Source: Mobula hypostoma
Lineage: Eukaryota
Direction: 5' to 3'
NCBI RefSeq assembly: GCF_963921235.1
Contig: NC_086118.1
Coordinates: forward strand, 19,780,001 to 19,844,000
DNA length: 64,000 nt
The notes under the pieces are model-generated. The model searched no databases, was not told the origin of the DNA, and was given only the letters and a program-made list of their open reading frames with translations. Shown here in pieces: positions 13,040-26,246 of the stretch. Every line of letters begins with the position of its first letter. Position 1 is the first letter of the stretch. The translations under genes were made by a program, and so were the position numbers.

Positions 13040-14540
13040 ACAATCTGCCTTAAACATACAAAAAGAATTGTCCTCCACAGCTGCCTGTGGCAAAGAATTC
13101 CACAGATTGACCACGCTCCGGCTAGAGAAGTTCCTTCAAATCTTCATTCTAAAAGGATGTCCCTCTATTCTGAGGCTGTGCCCTATGGTCTTAGACTCTC
13201 CCACCACAGGAAACATCTTCTCCACATCCATTCTATTAAGTTCTTTCACCATTCCATAGGTTTCAATGATGTCACCACCTCATCCTTCTAAATACTAGAC
13301 AATACAGGCCCAGAGTTATCAAATGACTTCATATGACAAGCCATTCAATTCTGGAATCATTTTGTGAACCTCCTTTGAACCCTTTCCTGTTTCAGCACAT
13401 ACTTTCTAAGATATGGGCCCAAAAATGCTCACAATACTCCAAGTGAGGCCTCACTCGTGCTTAATAAAGTCTCAACATTATATTCTTGCTTTTATAGTCT
13501 AGTCCTCTTGAAATGAATGCTAACATTGCATCCTCCTTGCTCACCACAGACTCAACCTGCAAATTAACCTTTAGGGAACCCTGTACAAGGACTCCCAAGT
13601 CCCCTTGCACCTCAATTTTTTTGTACTTTCTCTCCACTTAGAAAATAGTCAATCCTTTCATTCTTCTACTGAAGTGCATGACCAAACACTTCCCAACACT
13701 GTATTCCATCTACCATTTATTTACCTATTCTCCTAATCTGTCTAAGTCCTTCTGTAGCCTCCTCCACTTCCTCAAAACTACCTCCTCCAACCTTCCTATT
13801 GTCTGCAAACATTCCAGGAAAGCCATCAATTCCATCTTCCAAATCATTTACACATAACGTAAAAAGAACCTGCACCAACACAGACCCCGGTAGAACACCA
13901 CTAGTCGCCGGCAACCAGCCAGAAAAGGCTCCTTTTATTCCCACCTTTTGCCGCCTGCTAATCAACCACTGCCTTATCCATGATAGAATCTTTCCTGTAG
14001 TACCACGGGCTTATAGCCTGTTAAGCAGCCTCATGTGTAACATCTTGCCAAAGGCCTTCTGAAAATCCAAGTGCACAACATCAACCGATTCTCCTTTGTC
14101 TATCCTGCTTGTTATTTCTTCGATGAATTCCAAAAGATTTCTCAGGCAAGATTTTCCCTTGAGGAAATCTTGGCTTTTATGGTGGCTTTGACTTCTCTTG
14201 TTAGTCATAGTTGTGTCATCTTTCCTTTAGAATACTTCTTCCTCTTTGGGATGTATATATCCTGTGCCTTCCAAATTGCTTGCAGAAAGGCCAGCCATTG
14301 TTGTTCTACCATAATCACTGCCAGTGCTCTTTTCCAATCAATTCAGGCCAACTCCTCTCTCCTGCCTCTGTAATTCCCTTCACAACACTCCAATACTGAT
14401 ACATATGACCTTATCTTCTCAGATTTCAGGGTGAATTTGATCATATTATGACCACTTGCCCCGAAGGGTTTTTTTACCTTGAGCTCTCTAATCAATTCTG
14501 GTTCATTGCAGAATACTCGACCCAGAATAGCTGATCCTCT
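13040..14540 (-). mobile_element. CR1 LINE fragment with internal deletion
   Basis: KGKSCLRNLLEF..DVVHLDFQKAF and SGVLPGSVL..MFADNRK. Jumps into the endonuclease-linker region at ~14180. Confidence 0.88.
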
Positions 14541-15214
14541 ATTGAGTACAAGGCAATATACAAGGCTTTATTTTTATGCCAATAATTTGCCTTGTTCTCT
14601 ACTCTATTTCTGCCCTATACATGTCTTCCATTTTTATTGCTCTTTAATTTTGCCTTCTAATTCTTTTTAAATTCTTCCCTCTTCTTACTCACTTCTCAGT
14701 TTTGTTTTCATTGCTAATCCACTTCACTGTAAAAGAACCTTATTTCACTATTTATGTATTTTTTTTTCTTTTATAGTTTACCGTCCTTAGTTCCACTGTT
14801 AAAATTTAAGGTGTCTTCCACAGAGCCAACAGCCCAATTCAATTAATTGAAATTATTAGAAGATTGTCAGATTTGAAAAACAGATACATCCTTCATTTTC
14901 ATGTTACTTAAAATTTTCAGGAAGAACTGCATATTGATGGTGAATTATTGATCAATAAATTTGTACCAATGATTTCAGTATAATTAATTGTTTTACATTG
15001 CCATTACTCCACAAGTAACATCCTTTCTTTCAGCTGCCAAGTCTGTGACATCTGGAATTCATTCAAAATCTCCACTGTTCCAGCTTGACTCTTTCAGCTA
15101 CTTCTTAAAACTAATCATTTCCAAACAAGCTTGTAGTCATTCGTCCTAATAGCTCTTCCACACGAGCTGCTGGTGTTCAATAGTGCTCCTGTCTCAGGAC
15201 ATTTTAAGAACAAT

Positions 15215-15745
15215 AAAACCCAGTCGGACATTTGGCTCATCCTACCTGCTCTGTCTTTAACTGAGATCAAGATAAGTTCTTCACCTCAGCACCTGCACTA
15301 ATCCAAAATCCTCTGATTCCCCTCATGTCCAAACATCTATCAATATAGGATGTATTCAGCGAAAGAGACACCACAACCTTCCGTAGATTCACTACCCTTC
15401 TAATGAAGAAAATCCTTTGCATCTCTGTCCTGAATAACCAGTCCCTTAGTTGAGATTATGACTGCTCTTTCTGGACATCCCAACCAAGGGAAACAACTTC
15501 CCTGTATTGACCCTCTCAACACGATGAGCATTTTGAGCTTCAATCTGACCACTGTTTATCTTTCTAACCTCAAAGGTTTACAGAGTCGGTCCACCTAACC
15601 TCACAGGACAATATCTCCACTTCAGAAATCAATATGATAAATCTTTGTTGCAGTTCCTCTAATACAAGTATATCTTTTCAAGGTTAGGGAGACCAGACCT
15701 GTACACTGTATTCTAAATGCTGTTTTTATCAGGACCCTATGCAAT
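15215..15745 (-). repeat. Old, highly degenerate CR1 3' fragment
   Basis: Residual similarity to the CR1 3' region (GTAGATTCACTACCCT..GAAGAAAATCCT, CAAGGGAAACAACTTCC, GGGAGACCAGACCTGTACAC). Confidence 0.6.
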
Positions 15746-15785
15746 TGCACGGGCTTATAATATGTATAGTCTCAGCACATAACCT

Positions 15786-17757
15786 AGAATTAGAATTAAA
15801 ATCAGGTTTAATATCACTTTCATATGTTGTGAAATTTGTTGTTTAACAGCAGCAGTATATTGCAATACATAGTAATAAAAACTATAAATTATAATAAAGA
15901 TATACATATATACAGTATATACAATACATTAAATTGGTAATGCAAAAAGATAATACTGAGGAACTGTTAATGGGTTCACTGTTCACTGTCCATTCAGAAA
16001 TCTGATCGTGGAGAGGAGAAGCAGTTCCTGACACATTGAGTGTGTGTCTTCAGACTTCTGTACCTTCTCCTGGATGGCAGCACTGAGAAGAGGGTGTATC
16101 CTAGGTGGTGGGGGTCCTTTGTGATGGATGCTGCTTTTTTGAGGTATCACATTTTGAAGCTGTCCTGGATTCTTATGAGGCTAGTGGCAGGCCGACAAAT
16201 CCAGGGCAAGCATTAAGAAGGGCCACTTTTCAACATAATTGTATAAGAGAGTTGTAAAAGAGCGCCTGAAGGCTTTATGTGTCAATGCAAGGAGCATTTG
16301 TAATAAGGTGGATGAATTGAAAGTGCAGATTGTTATTAATGATTATGATATAGTTGGGATCACAGAGACATGGCTCCAGGGTGACCAGGGATAGGAGCTC
16401 AACGTTCAGGGATATTCAATATTCAGGAGGGATAGACATGAAGGAAGGGGAGGTGGGGTGGCGTTGCTGGTTAAAGAAGAGATTAACGCAATAGAAAGGA
16501 AGGACATAAGCCGGGAAGATGTGGAATCAATATGGGTAGAGCTGCGTAACACTAAGGGGCAGAAGACGCTGATGGGAGTTGTGTACAGGCCACCCAACAG
16601 TAGTAGTGAGGTCGGAGATGGTATTAAACAGGAAATTAGAAATGTGTGCAATAAAGGAACAGCAGTTATAATGGGTGACTTCAATCTACATGTAGACTGG
16701 GTGAACCAAATTGGTAAAGGTGCTGAGGAAGAGGACTTCTTGGAATGTATGCGGGATGGTTTTTTGAACCAACATGTCGAGGAACCAACTAGAGAGCAGG
16801 CTATTCTGGACTGTTGAGGCCAGTTCATTGGCTATGTTTAAGAGGGAGTTAGATATGGCCCTTGTGGCTACGGGGGTCAGGGGGTATGGAGGGAAGGCTG
16901 GGGCGGGGTTCTGAGTTGGATGATCAGCCATGATCATAATAAATGGCGGTGCAGGTTCGAAGGGCCGAATGGCCTACTCCTGCACCTATTTTCTATGTTT
17001 CTATGTTTCTAGTACCCAGGATGGAGCTAGCTAAGCAATCAAATTTTTGTAGCTTTTTCCAATCCTGTCCAATATCTCCTCACACCAGATATTGATGCAA
17101 CCAGTTAGAATGCTGTCCACCTTACATTTGTAGGAATTTGTGAGTGCCAATTCTCCTCAAGCTCCTAATGAAATATAGCCACTGTTGTGCCTTCTTTGCA
17201 ATTGCATCAATATTTTGCACCTAAGATAGATCTTCAGTGATGATAGCACCCAGGAATTTGAAACTGCTCGCCCTTCCACTTCTGACCCCTTAATGAAGAC
17301 TGGTGCGTGTTCCCTCGACTTCTCCTTCCTGAAGCCCACTATCAATTTCTTGGTCTTACTGATGTTGAGTGCGTGGTTGTTGCTGCGACACCACTCAACC
17401 ATCTGATGTGTTTCACTCCTGTATCCCTCCTTGTCACCTTCAGCCAACAGTAATAGTGTCATCAGAAAATTTATGAATGGCATTTGAGCTGTGCCTCACC
17501 GCACAGTTGTGAGTTTAGAGAAAGTCAAACAGAGGACTACACATGCGTCCTTAAGCTGCACCAGTGTTAATTGTCGGCAAGGAGGAGATATTATTTACAA
17601 TCTCCACAGACTGTGGTCTCCCAATGAAGAAGTTAAGGATCCAGTTGCAGAGGGAGATATAGAGGTCCAGGTTTTGGAGCTTTTAGATTAGAATTGAGGG
17701 TATGGTTGTGCTTATAGTCAATAAATAGCAGCAGATGTAAGTATTACTATTGTTCTA
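15786..17757 (-). mobile_element. Rex1/Babar LINE, 5'-truncated, interrupted by a CR1 at 16187-17008
   Basis: ORF 17157-17483 (MVEWCRSNNHALNISKTKKLIVGFRK) and a GAAT-type 3' tail at ~15790. Host sequence rejoins across the CTAGT duplication. Confidence 0.85.
16187..17008 (+). mobile_element. Young CR1 with an APE endonuclease domain joined directly to the 3' UTR (RT deleted)
   Basis: CVNARSI, GITETWL, VVYRPP, IMGDFN and PTREQAILD motifs, then an abrupt jump at ~16813 to the 3' end. (TTTCTATG)n tail. CTAGT duplicated at 16181-16185 and 17009-17013. Confidence 0.9.
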
Positions 17758-17774
17758 TAACCATCTCTAAAATA

Positions 17775-18240
17775 TTGCAGTGGTATCTTCCGTCCGTGAA
17801 CTCACTTAACACCGCACGCTGTCGGAGCAGTGCTGCCAGGATAATGAAGGACACAACCCACCCAGCCAGCACACTTTTCGTCCCTCTTCCCTCCAGGAGA
17901 AGGCTCAGGAGCTTGAAGACACGTACGGCCAGATTTGGGAACAGCTTCTTTCCAACTGTGATAAGACTGCTGAATGCATCCTGATCCGGATCTGGGTCGT
18001 ACCCTCCAAATATCCGGACCTGCCTCTCGGTTTTTTTGCACTACCTTACTTTCCATTTTTCTATTTTCTATTTATGATTTATAATTTATTTTTTAATATT
18101 TACTAATTTTAACTATTTTTAATATTTAATATTTGTAATCCAGGGAGTGGGAAATGCAGAATCAAATATCGCTGTGATGGTTATACGTTCTAGTACCAAT
18201 TGTTTGGCGACAATAAAGTATAAAGTATAAAGTATGAAGT
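17775..18240 (+). mobile_element. Short, young Rex1/Babar 3' fragment
   Basis: Open frame ARIMKDTTHPASTLFVPLPSRRRLRSLKTRTARFGNSFFPTVIRLLN; CpGs retained; (TAAAGTA)n tail. Confidence 0.85.
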
Positions 18241-20853
18241 ATTTCTCAGATAGTCTTGTTCTAATATGTGATTCTCTGAGCTTCAGAGTGAGACCAGAAC
18301 TTTGAAATGTTATTTGCTATATTTCTCCCTAATGTACATTAACTCACCATATGATGGAAACTTAAGCCTGTTATTGTTCCTGCATATCAAACAATTACAC
18401 TGTGTCAAACCCAGCACCATCTGATGTCTCCCACGCATTGCACAACAATGTTTCAAACAGATAATTAACCTTCACATGCTCCTATCTCTTAAACATAAAA
18501 TTATTACAGCAATTTGCCTTCTGGTGTAGGTGTAAACTAGATTTTACTGACAATTAACAACTTTGCTCGGGAAAATGTTTGCAATTTGGAGCCTTTCCCG
18601 ATATGTACAGAACTACATTTTTCATCTGTGGCTTTGTGAGCATGCATAAGAGATATTAGCCTGCAAGTTCTCATATAACACAATATTTTTAATGTTAATC
18701 AAGTGAGTTTTATCAGAGCTAATTGATGGGGACTTTGTGTCAGCACAACATGGTTCTGAATATTAAATCCAGGATTTCCTTGTCTCTAAACTTCATAGCC
18801 AGACAGGATGGTAAGCATCTCTATGCTGTTAATCAGCATGCAGCCCATTTATGAAGATGCATAACTGGCATGCTAAATTCTACTGCATATACCAGGCTCT
18901 AAATAGGCCTAACTAGAGGGGATATGATGAGGTACATCCAGACTTATTTAGATTGACATCAAAAAGTACAAGGTATCTTCCTTGAAGAATAATCTTTCTA
19001 ACTTTTCAATTTAAAAGACCATAGCTCACTACTCTACCCCAATTCCAGGCATCCACCTGCCTCCTCTTAAGACTCACAAAACATAACCACTTCACTGTAG
19101 TATCTACCCTTGAGGTCTCTAGACTTATCAAAATCATTATTCCAGGCTGCCCCTACCCCACTTTCACTCAGACCATCCCTACACCCAAATTGCTGCAGTT
19201 GAAGAATATTATGGAAGCAAGTTTGTGCTGGTAAGGTCTACTTTTCCACATGCAACATCGTGGGCATAATAGATAGGAGAACCACAGAACCTACAGGGCC
19301 TTGTCCCTATTTTTCATAACCCAGCCCATGCACCTCTCCATCGCATCACACATTCAGTGCCTCTCTTTCATTCTTTGAAGATTCTGTAGTATATTAGTAT
19401 TGATAGCTCTTGTAGCACTGAGTGCAATTATGGACAATAAATATTTCTTTTTGGTTTACAACTTTATAATCCACATAATCTTATAATCAGTCTTGCATTT
19501 TATCCTCAATTAATATTTTTAAATATGTGCTGAGAAATTTCAACCAGATTCATCCTATATTCTGAGATGATAACTGCTCAGATAATGTATATCTCCTTGA
19601 GTTGGCATAGTGAACAAAAATGGTAACAGTACAGAGAAATATAGTGTTTTCTGGCTAGCTGACATTAAAAGAATAGATTATCTAATCTTAATTTATCATT
19701 GTTCTCTAGTCTTTGAAAGTTAGTATTCTGTCCTATTATATCGGATCTTACTTAATTTATGGAATCACACGAGGCTTGTGATTGTGAATGTGATTGTGCC
19801 GGCTCTGTGAGAGAGCTTTTCACTTAACCTCATTTCATTTCCCCAGCCCTACCCCACCATTGTTCCAATTTCTGTACAAATGTTTGCTGTTCATGCTTTT
19901 AATTAATTGCAATTTAAAATAAACTTCAGAATTTGTTCCTAACACCTATTCAGTCTGTGGATTCAAGATTACTTCATTGAGTATGAAAAACATTCTCCAT
20001 ATCTTCACCTTTATGAAATCACAGAATGCTAAGGTGGAGGCTGCACCAGTATTTAGCAAAAGTGGTTCAATCTTCTCCCACATTGTAGATTTTCCCCATG
20101 CTTAATCCTTTTCAAGTACACATCCTAATATTACTTCGAAGTTCTTCTGATTGAATTGCATCACTTTTTTGAGTGTTTCAGATCTTAATAATTTTTCCTC
20201 ATTCCTCCTCTAATTTATTTCCTGATAAATTCATCTTTGGTCACTAGTAGCAGTCATTTGCAAAACCTCCTATAATTTTGAGCTGTGATTAAGTAATCTC
20301 TTAAACTTCTTAGTAGTATCATCTCAATTTTTCTTCTCATTTAACTTAAGACCCTTATTCCTAGTACCATTCTAGTGGAGATTCTTTGCATTCTATCATA
20401 ATCCTTTTCTAATCATCTTTTTAACAGATCCTCTGCAGCTTAAATCTGGTTGCTTCTCACCTTCAGTGCAATACATATTACAATTTATCCCGCAGAATGT
20501 AGTTTTTAAGCATTTAATACATTATTTATTTGCTTTTAAGTGAATAACCTCATTCAAAAGCTTATTGTTCATTTGCACAAACATTCCAAGCATTTTATTT
20601 ACAACTTTAAGCCAAGCCCTATTTATCAATGACAGCAGTGAACTCAAGGGTCCAGACTGCAAAATGACGATGTGGTGACTCCAAGGTAACTCTCTCAGAG
20701 GATATATATTGTGATACATGCAAATAATTGATCTGGGAGTATACATATTTCAAAACATAAAAAATGAAGAGGATTATATTTTCATTTTCTCGGAAATGTT
20801 AAACTCCCATTTGGAAAATAAGCCTCCTCCTGGTAGGAACCAACTTGTTTCTT

Positions 20854-21858
20854 TTTTTTCAAATCTTTTTATTGTACATATATAGGAAAAATAACATGAG
20901 AACATCGAAGCAACAACACTTACAATGTCTCAAAAAAAACCATCATCTTAAAGATTGAAAACAAAATTTTGTGATAACAAAAAAAAACTTACTGAGCAGA
21001 AAAGTGAGGGAAAAAAGAGAGAACCCATTAGGTGTACAACCCCAGAGCCATGCGTCATACAAAAAGCTTCTAAAAATAAACATCAAACCGCCAGCAAGAA
21101 AAGAAAATATACTAAAAGAATTTGCAATTAGATCGTGGAAAAATTGTATCAATTAACTCAAATGATAATAACGAGCAAATGAGCCCCATCTTTTCTCAAA
21201 ATCAAAAAAAGGTTCAAAGGTTCGACTTCTAATTTTCTCCAAACTAAGACATAGCATCACTTGAGAGAACCATTGTGACAAAGTGGGAGCTGATGTATCC
21301 TTCCACTTCAACAAAATGGCCCTCCGAGCTATCAATGTAACAAATGCAATAACATGTCGGTCAGACACAGAAATACCATGAATATTTCGAGGAACTATTC
21401 CAAAAAGCACAGTTAATTTATTAGGTTGTAAATTAATATTAAGTGCTTTAAAAATTGTTGAGAAAACCGACTTCCAGAACTGTTCCAATATAGAACAAGA
21501 CCAAAACATGTGACAGTGTAGCTATCTCAGTTTTACATCTATCACAATGACTATCAACATTAAGAAAGATTTTAGAAAGTCTCTCTTTTGTCAAATGATA
21601 ACGATGTACAATTTTAAATTGAATCAATGAATAGCTAGAACAAATTGAAGAAGAGTTAACCAACTTCAATATCCATATCCAATCCTCCGTCATAAAAGTC
21701 AAATTAAGTTCCTTTTCCCAATCCTGTTTAATCTTAGACAAAGGACGCTTATCCCATTGTATTAATAAATAATAAATTCTTCCAATAGAACCCTTAAGCA
21801 AAGGATTCATACTCATAATAGTATCTAACAGGTCAGCCTCCAATATGTAAGGGAAATT
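20854..21858 (-). mobile_element. L1-clade LINE, 5'-truncated 3' fragment
   Basis: ORF2 C-terminal CCHC region (CDRCK..HMFWSC). Near-identical to 28835-29813. AATAAA plus A-rich tail. TSD ACTTGTTTCTT at 20843-20853 and 21859-21869. Confidence 0.92.
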
Positions 21859-22574
21859 ACTTGTTTCTTATGTTTTCTTCTCCATAAAACATGCAGCCTT
21901 GGGAGCAATCCTAATTGCATATGTGTTCTATATAAAATATATTTTGTAAGTTATTTTAAAAGTCCTTTGAGACTGTCTGATTAGGCAAACAGTAAGAGCA
22001 TTTGGATGTGCTGTCACAAAACGTAAACAGTGTGCATTATTTACCAATGTGTTTTGATCAAAATTAAGTGGATGTCCCTTTCACTGATTTAATGAGCATG
22101 TTTTCAGAGAGTGAAAGACTGATTATGGCCCTGAAGATTGTAATGCAGTTAGCTGACAGACTCATCTGAATGTGGTTTAAACTTTCACAGACACGTTGTT
22201 ACGATGTTCTTTTGTATATTTTGAGCTCTTCTAATTTTGTTCCACTCCAATGTTTTAAGTTGAATTGTGGTGTAAAGTATTTTTAACATGTAAGTGAAGT
22301 TCAGTATCGAGGTGAGAAAAGTTGAGAGAAGTGTTGGTGAAATGATGTAGTCTTACTTGTCAGAAGTCCATACAGAGATCTGGCTAGTTCTGGACCTGTT
22401 AGTTAAAACAGACTTGTGTGTCACCATGTAGCAAGCTGGAGAAAATTTCTGAGGGTAGCCAAAATTTAAAAAGATTAATTCTGACTGAAGAAGTCAAAGT
22501 CCACTGTGAATTCCAAAAAGCCAATGTTTAGTGGATGATACTGCTCCACATCTTTCACTTGGAATTCAATTTCA

Positions 22575-22715
22575 AAGTTTAAGAGAGGTCGATAGCTACA
22601 TAGATAGTAGGGAATGAATGGCTGTGCTCTGGATGCTGGCCGACGGGACTAAGCAATTTAGACTAAATGTGCCAAAGGGCCTGTTTCTGTACTATATTTT
22701 TCAATGACTCTATGA
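22575..22715 (+). repeat. CR1 3'-end fragment
   Basis: GCCAAAGGGCCTGTTTCTGTACT..TGACTCTATGA terminus. Confidence 0.65.
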
Positions 22716-22879
22716 CCCTAATTGTAATATGGTGACAATCATGTTCCACTCTTACTACTGTGGAGCTAAGTACTGAACAATTGAGCAAGTGCACGGCCTA
22801 TGTCATATTACTCCCGAAGCAAGGTTACTCACCACGGTATCATGCTGCAAAGTCCAATGTTTGCATAAGCCTATGTTTA

Positions 22880-23530
22880 TTTATGTTCCAAATCATTACT
22901 AATTTGTTCATTGAATGATTCTGTCAGATACAAGATCCTCTACAAACATCTCCCCACTGAACCATATTGCTATCTGTCACGTGACCCACAGACAGAAGAA
23001 TTCCATGACAGAGCTCCAGAAAACATTGACCACTTCTCACAACTAGGGACCCAGCTCTTCATGAGCATAGACATTAATGATGAAATTTACCTTCACCTCC
23101 AGTACAACAGGACAGTCTTTGGCAGGCAGGGAAAAAAGGTGCTTTACCATCAAGTCCCCAAACTTGAGAGAAAGCTTAGGATCTAAGAGGTATGACTTAT
23201 TTTCACCTACCCGTATGCTTCCAAGACATTGATTACCTAAAGCAAATTTTTCAAGTTTCAGAATGGAATAGCCACTGAATCTAATTGGGCAGAATAAGTG
23301 ACCCAAGAACAGAATCTTCCCCAGTACCCCACTAAGTATCTCCTTGCCCACTTATTCTGGTCTCACATTGGTCTCATCAGCTAGCTCAGATGACATAGAA
23401 TCTGAACGGAAGCATCTTACCTTCACCCCAAAGACCACCTAATAGCTGAAGAAATCACTCATTTCTAATACAAGAATATTTGACAACACAACACTAACTA
23501 CAGTCCAAAAGCATACCAGTGGCTAAAAAG
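22880..23530 (+). repeat. Ancient RTE-clade LINE fragment
   Basis: ENIDHFSQLGTQL..DINDEIYLHLQ..TVFGRQGKKV resembles the RTE RT C-terminal pattern ENVDHFxYLGS..IDxEIxxRL..AFGRLxKRV. Confidence 0.55.
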
Positions 23531-23704
23531 TGTTTTTGAAGGTCTGCACAGTTGAAAAAAAAGGATAAAATGATTTTATTTTTCATTAAGCTTCTCGATT
23601 ACAACTCTTTAATGAAGCCTCCAGAAACTATGTTTTAAATCTAGATCACAGGTGGCATGGAACTGCAAAAATTTATAGGTGTCAACTAATATTGACATGC
23701 TTTG

Positions 23705-23988
23705 GAAGAGCACTCTTGCTTCTAAGTAACAAAGAAATGGATTGAAGCCACATTCAGAGATTTGAGGAAGTAATCTGGCTGATATTTCAAGGTAGTAATG
23801 AGAGAGAGTTGGAACTGTTATAGGTGGAATCTTTTGGAATAGGTTTTATAGCATAGCCCTATCTCCTCGTCTTCTGACAAACACTTATCCCTCAACAACA
23901 ATTAAATCTTATGCTCCATTAGCTTATTTCACTGCAATTTTTGTAACACTTCTCTGCAGATATTGGCAGCCAGTTTTTCTATATTCAA
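23705..23988 (+). repeat. Ancient DeuSINE-like element (SacSINE1/AmnSINE superfamily)
   Basis: Decayed matches, recalled from memory, to the tRNA head and Deu domain: GCACTCTTGCTTCT.AGT, CAGAGATTTGAG..TAATCTGGCTGATA, TTATCCCTCAAC, ATTGGCAGCC. Confidence 0.45.
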
Positions 23989-23989
23989 A

Positions 23990-25650
23990 TTCAAAGTTCC
24001 AAGCTCAGGTTCAAAGTAAATTTATTATCACCGTATACAATCCTCAGATTCACTTTCTTTTGGGCATTCACAGTAAATACAAGAACCATATTAGAATCGA
24101 TGAAAGAACCCAACCAGCAGGATGGACAAATAACCAATGTGCAAAAGATAACAAGCTCTGCAAACACAAAAAGAAAGAACAAATGATAATAAATAAAGAT
24201 CGAAAACATGAGATGAAGAGTTCTTGAAAGTGAATCCATAGGTTGCGGAAACTGTACAGTGATGGGGCGAGTGAAGGCAAGTGAAGTTATCCCCTCTGGT
24301 TCAACAGCCTGATAGTTAAGGAGTAATAAGTGTTTCTGAACCTGGTGGTCCGGATCCTGAGGCTCCTGTACTTTCTTCCTGATGGCAGAGAGAAAAATCA
24401 TGGCCTGGATGGTGGGGGTCCGAGATGATAGATGCTGCTTTCCTGTGACAGTGCTCTGTGTAGATCTACTCATTGCTGGGGAGGGCTTCACCTGTGATGA
24501 ACTGGGCAATATCCACTACTTTTGGTAGACTTTTCCATTCAAGGGCATTGATACTTTCATTTCAAGCTGTGATGCATCCAGTCAATAAACTCTCCACTAC
24601 GCATCTATAGAAGTTCGTCAAAGTTTAAGATGACATGCCAAGTCTTCACAAATTTCTAAGAAAGAAGAGTCACTACCATGCTTACTTCATAATGACACTT
24701 ACGTGCCGGACACAGGACAGATCCTCTGAAATAATAACACAGAGGAATCTAAAATTCCTGACCCTCTCCATCTCTGATCCCCCAGTGAGGACTGGCTCAT
24801 GGACCTCTGGTTTCCTCCTCTTGAAATCCATAGTCAGCTCATTGGCATAGATGGCATCCAGTAAGAGGTTGCTTTTGTGGCACCACTTAGCCAGAATTTC
24901 AATCTCCCTCCTACATGCTGATTCATCACCACTTTTGATTCAGCCAGTGACAATAAGGTCATCAGTGAACTTGAATATGGCATTGGAGCTGTACCTAGCC
25001 TCACAGTCACAAGTAAAAAGTGACTAGAACAAGGGGCTAAGCTCACAGCCTTCATCTGTACAGATGGAGATTGTGGAGGAGATGTTGTTGCCAATTCAAA
25101 CTGACTGGGGTCTGCAAGTGAGGGAATTGAGGATCTAGTTGGAAAAGGGAGATATTGAGGCACAGTTCCTGAAGCTTATTGATTACCTTTGAGGGGGTGA
25201 TAGTATTGACTGCCAAGCTGTAGTCAATGAAGAACATCCTGATGTATGTATCTTCACTGTTCAGGTGTTACAGGGTTAAGTGTAGAGCTCATGAAATGAC
25301 ATCTGCTTTTGACCTGTTGTGACAGTAAGCAATTGGACCAGATCCAAGTCACTTCTCAGGCAAGAGTTGATGCGTTTCATCACCAACCTCTCAAAGCATT
25401 TCAAGGCAGGTTACCACATTCTTCTTTGGCACCAGTATAATAGAAGCCATCCTGAAGCAGGTGGCTGCTTCAGGCTGCCGAAATGAGAGGTTGAAGATAT
25501 TGGTAACTCCAGCCAGTTGATTAGCACAGGTCTTTAGTACTCCGCAAGGAACTCCATCTGGTTTCTGTTGGATCACCTTCTTAAAGGATACTCTCATGCC
25601 AGTTTCAGAGGCTGAAATCATAGGGGATTCAAGGGTTGTGGGATTTCGTA
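23990..25650 (-). mobile_element. Rex1/Babar LINE RT pseudogene, 5'-truncated
   Basis: VLKTCANQLAGV.NIFNLS, MFFIDYSLAVNTITPSKVINKL and RT C-terminal motifs; tail TTTACTTTGAAC. Confidence 0.88.
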
Positions 25651-26104
25651 AGGATGTCTCCAACGTATCTGGCTTGTCCAGAGTGTCTCTGTGAAGCAGA
25701 GAGTGCAGCAATTCCCCATCTCCCTCTTGCCCTTAGGCCCTCATCCTTATTCTCCAGCGACTGTACATTTGCTAACAAGATGCTAGGTGGAGATAGTTTC
25801 ATGCCTCAGTGTTTTAGCCTGGCTTGGAGTCTTCCCCTCCTCCCTCTCTTACAGCATGGTGTTGTTCCTTCTTCTGCTTAAGAGTGCCGAACCTGCATGC
25901 TTGAGAGTTATATCCACTGAGTCATTCAGAAGATTGTGAAATCATTAGTTCATTATGAAGTTTTAAAAGTACCTTACTTAAAGGGAAATCACAGGTTGCA
26001 GATTACATTGAGAGTTGTTCAGGACAGGTATATTTAGAAGTTTTGTAAGCTGCCTGTAACACGTCACCATAGTTCCCTGGCCCCATCTTAAGGTATTATC
26101 TTAC

Positions 26105-26180
26105 AGATCACATTAGGGAACTAGAGCTTTGGTTCATTCAGGAGATCATGTTAGGGAACTAGAGCTTTGGTTCATTCAGG
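26105..26180. repeat. 38-bp tandem duplication
   Basis: AGATCA(CA/TG)TTAGGGAACTAGAGCTTTGGTTCATTCAGG at 26105-26142 and 26143-26180. Confidence 0.95.
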
Positions 26181-26246
26181 AGGTGATAGATAGGAGATAG
26201 AAGGAGGTAGTCAAACCTCAGTTGCAGGAGCCAGGTAGCTGAGAGA

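Noticed and set aside
26105..26180. 38-bp direct repeats as a CRISPR array; TTAGGG within them as telomeric repeat
   Set aside because: Only two adjacent units with no spacer, inside a CR1; a single TTAGGG per unit.
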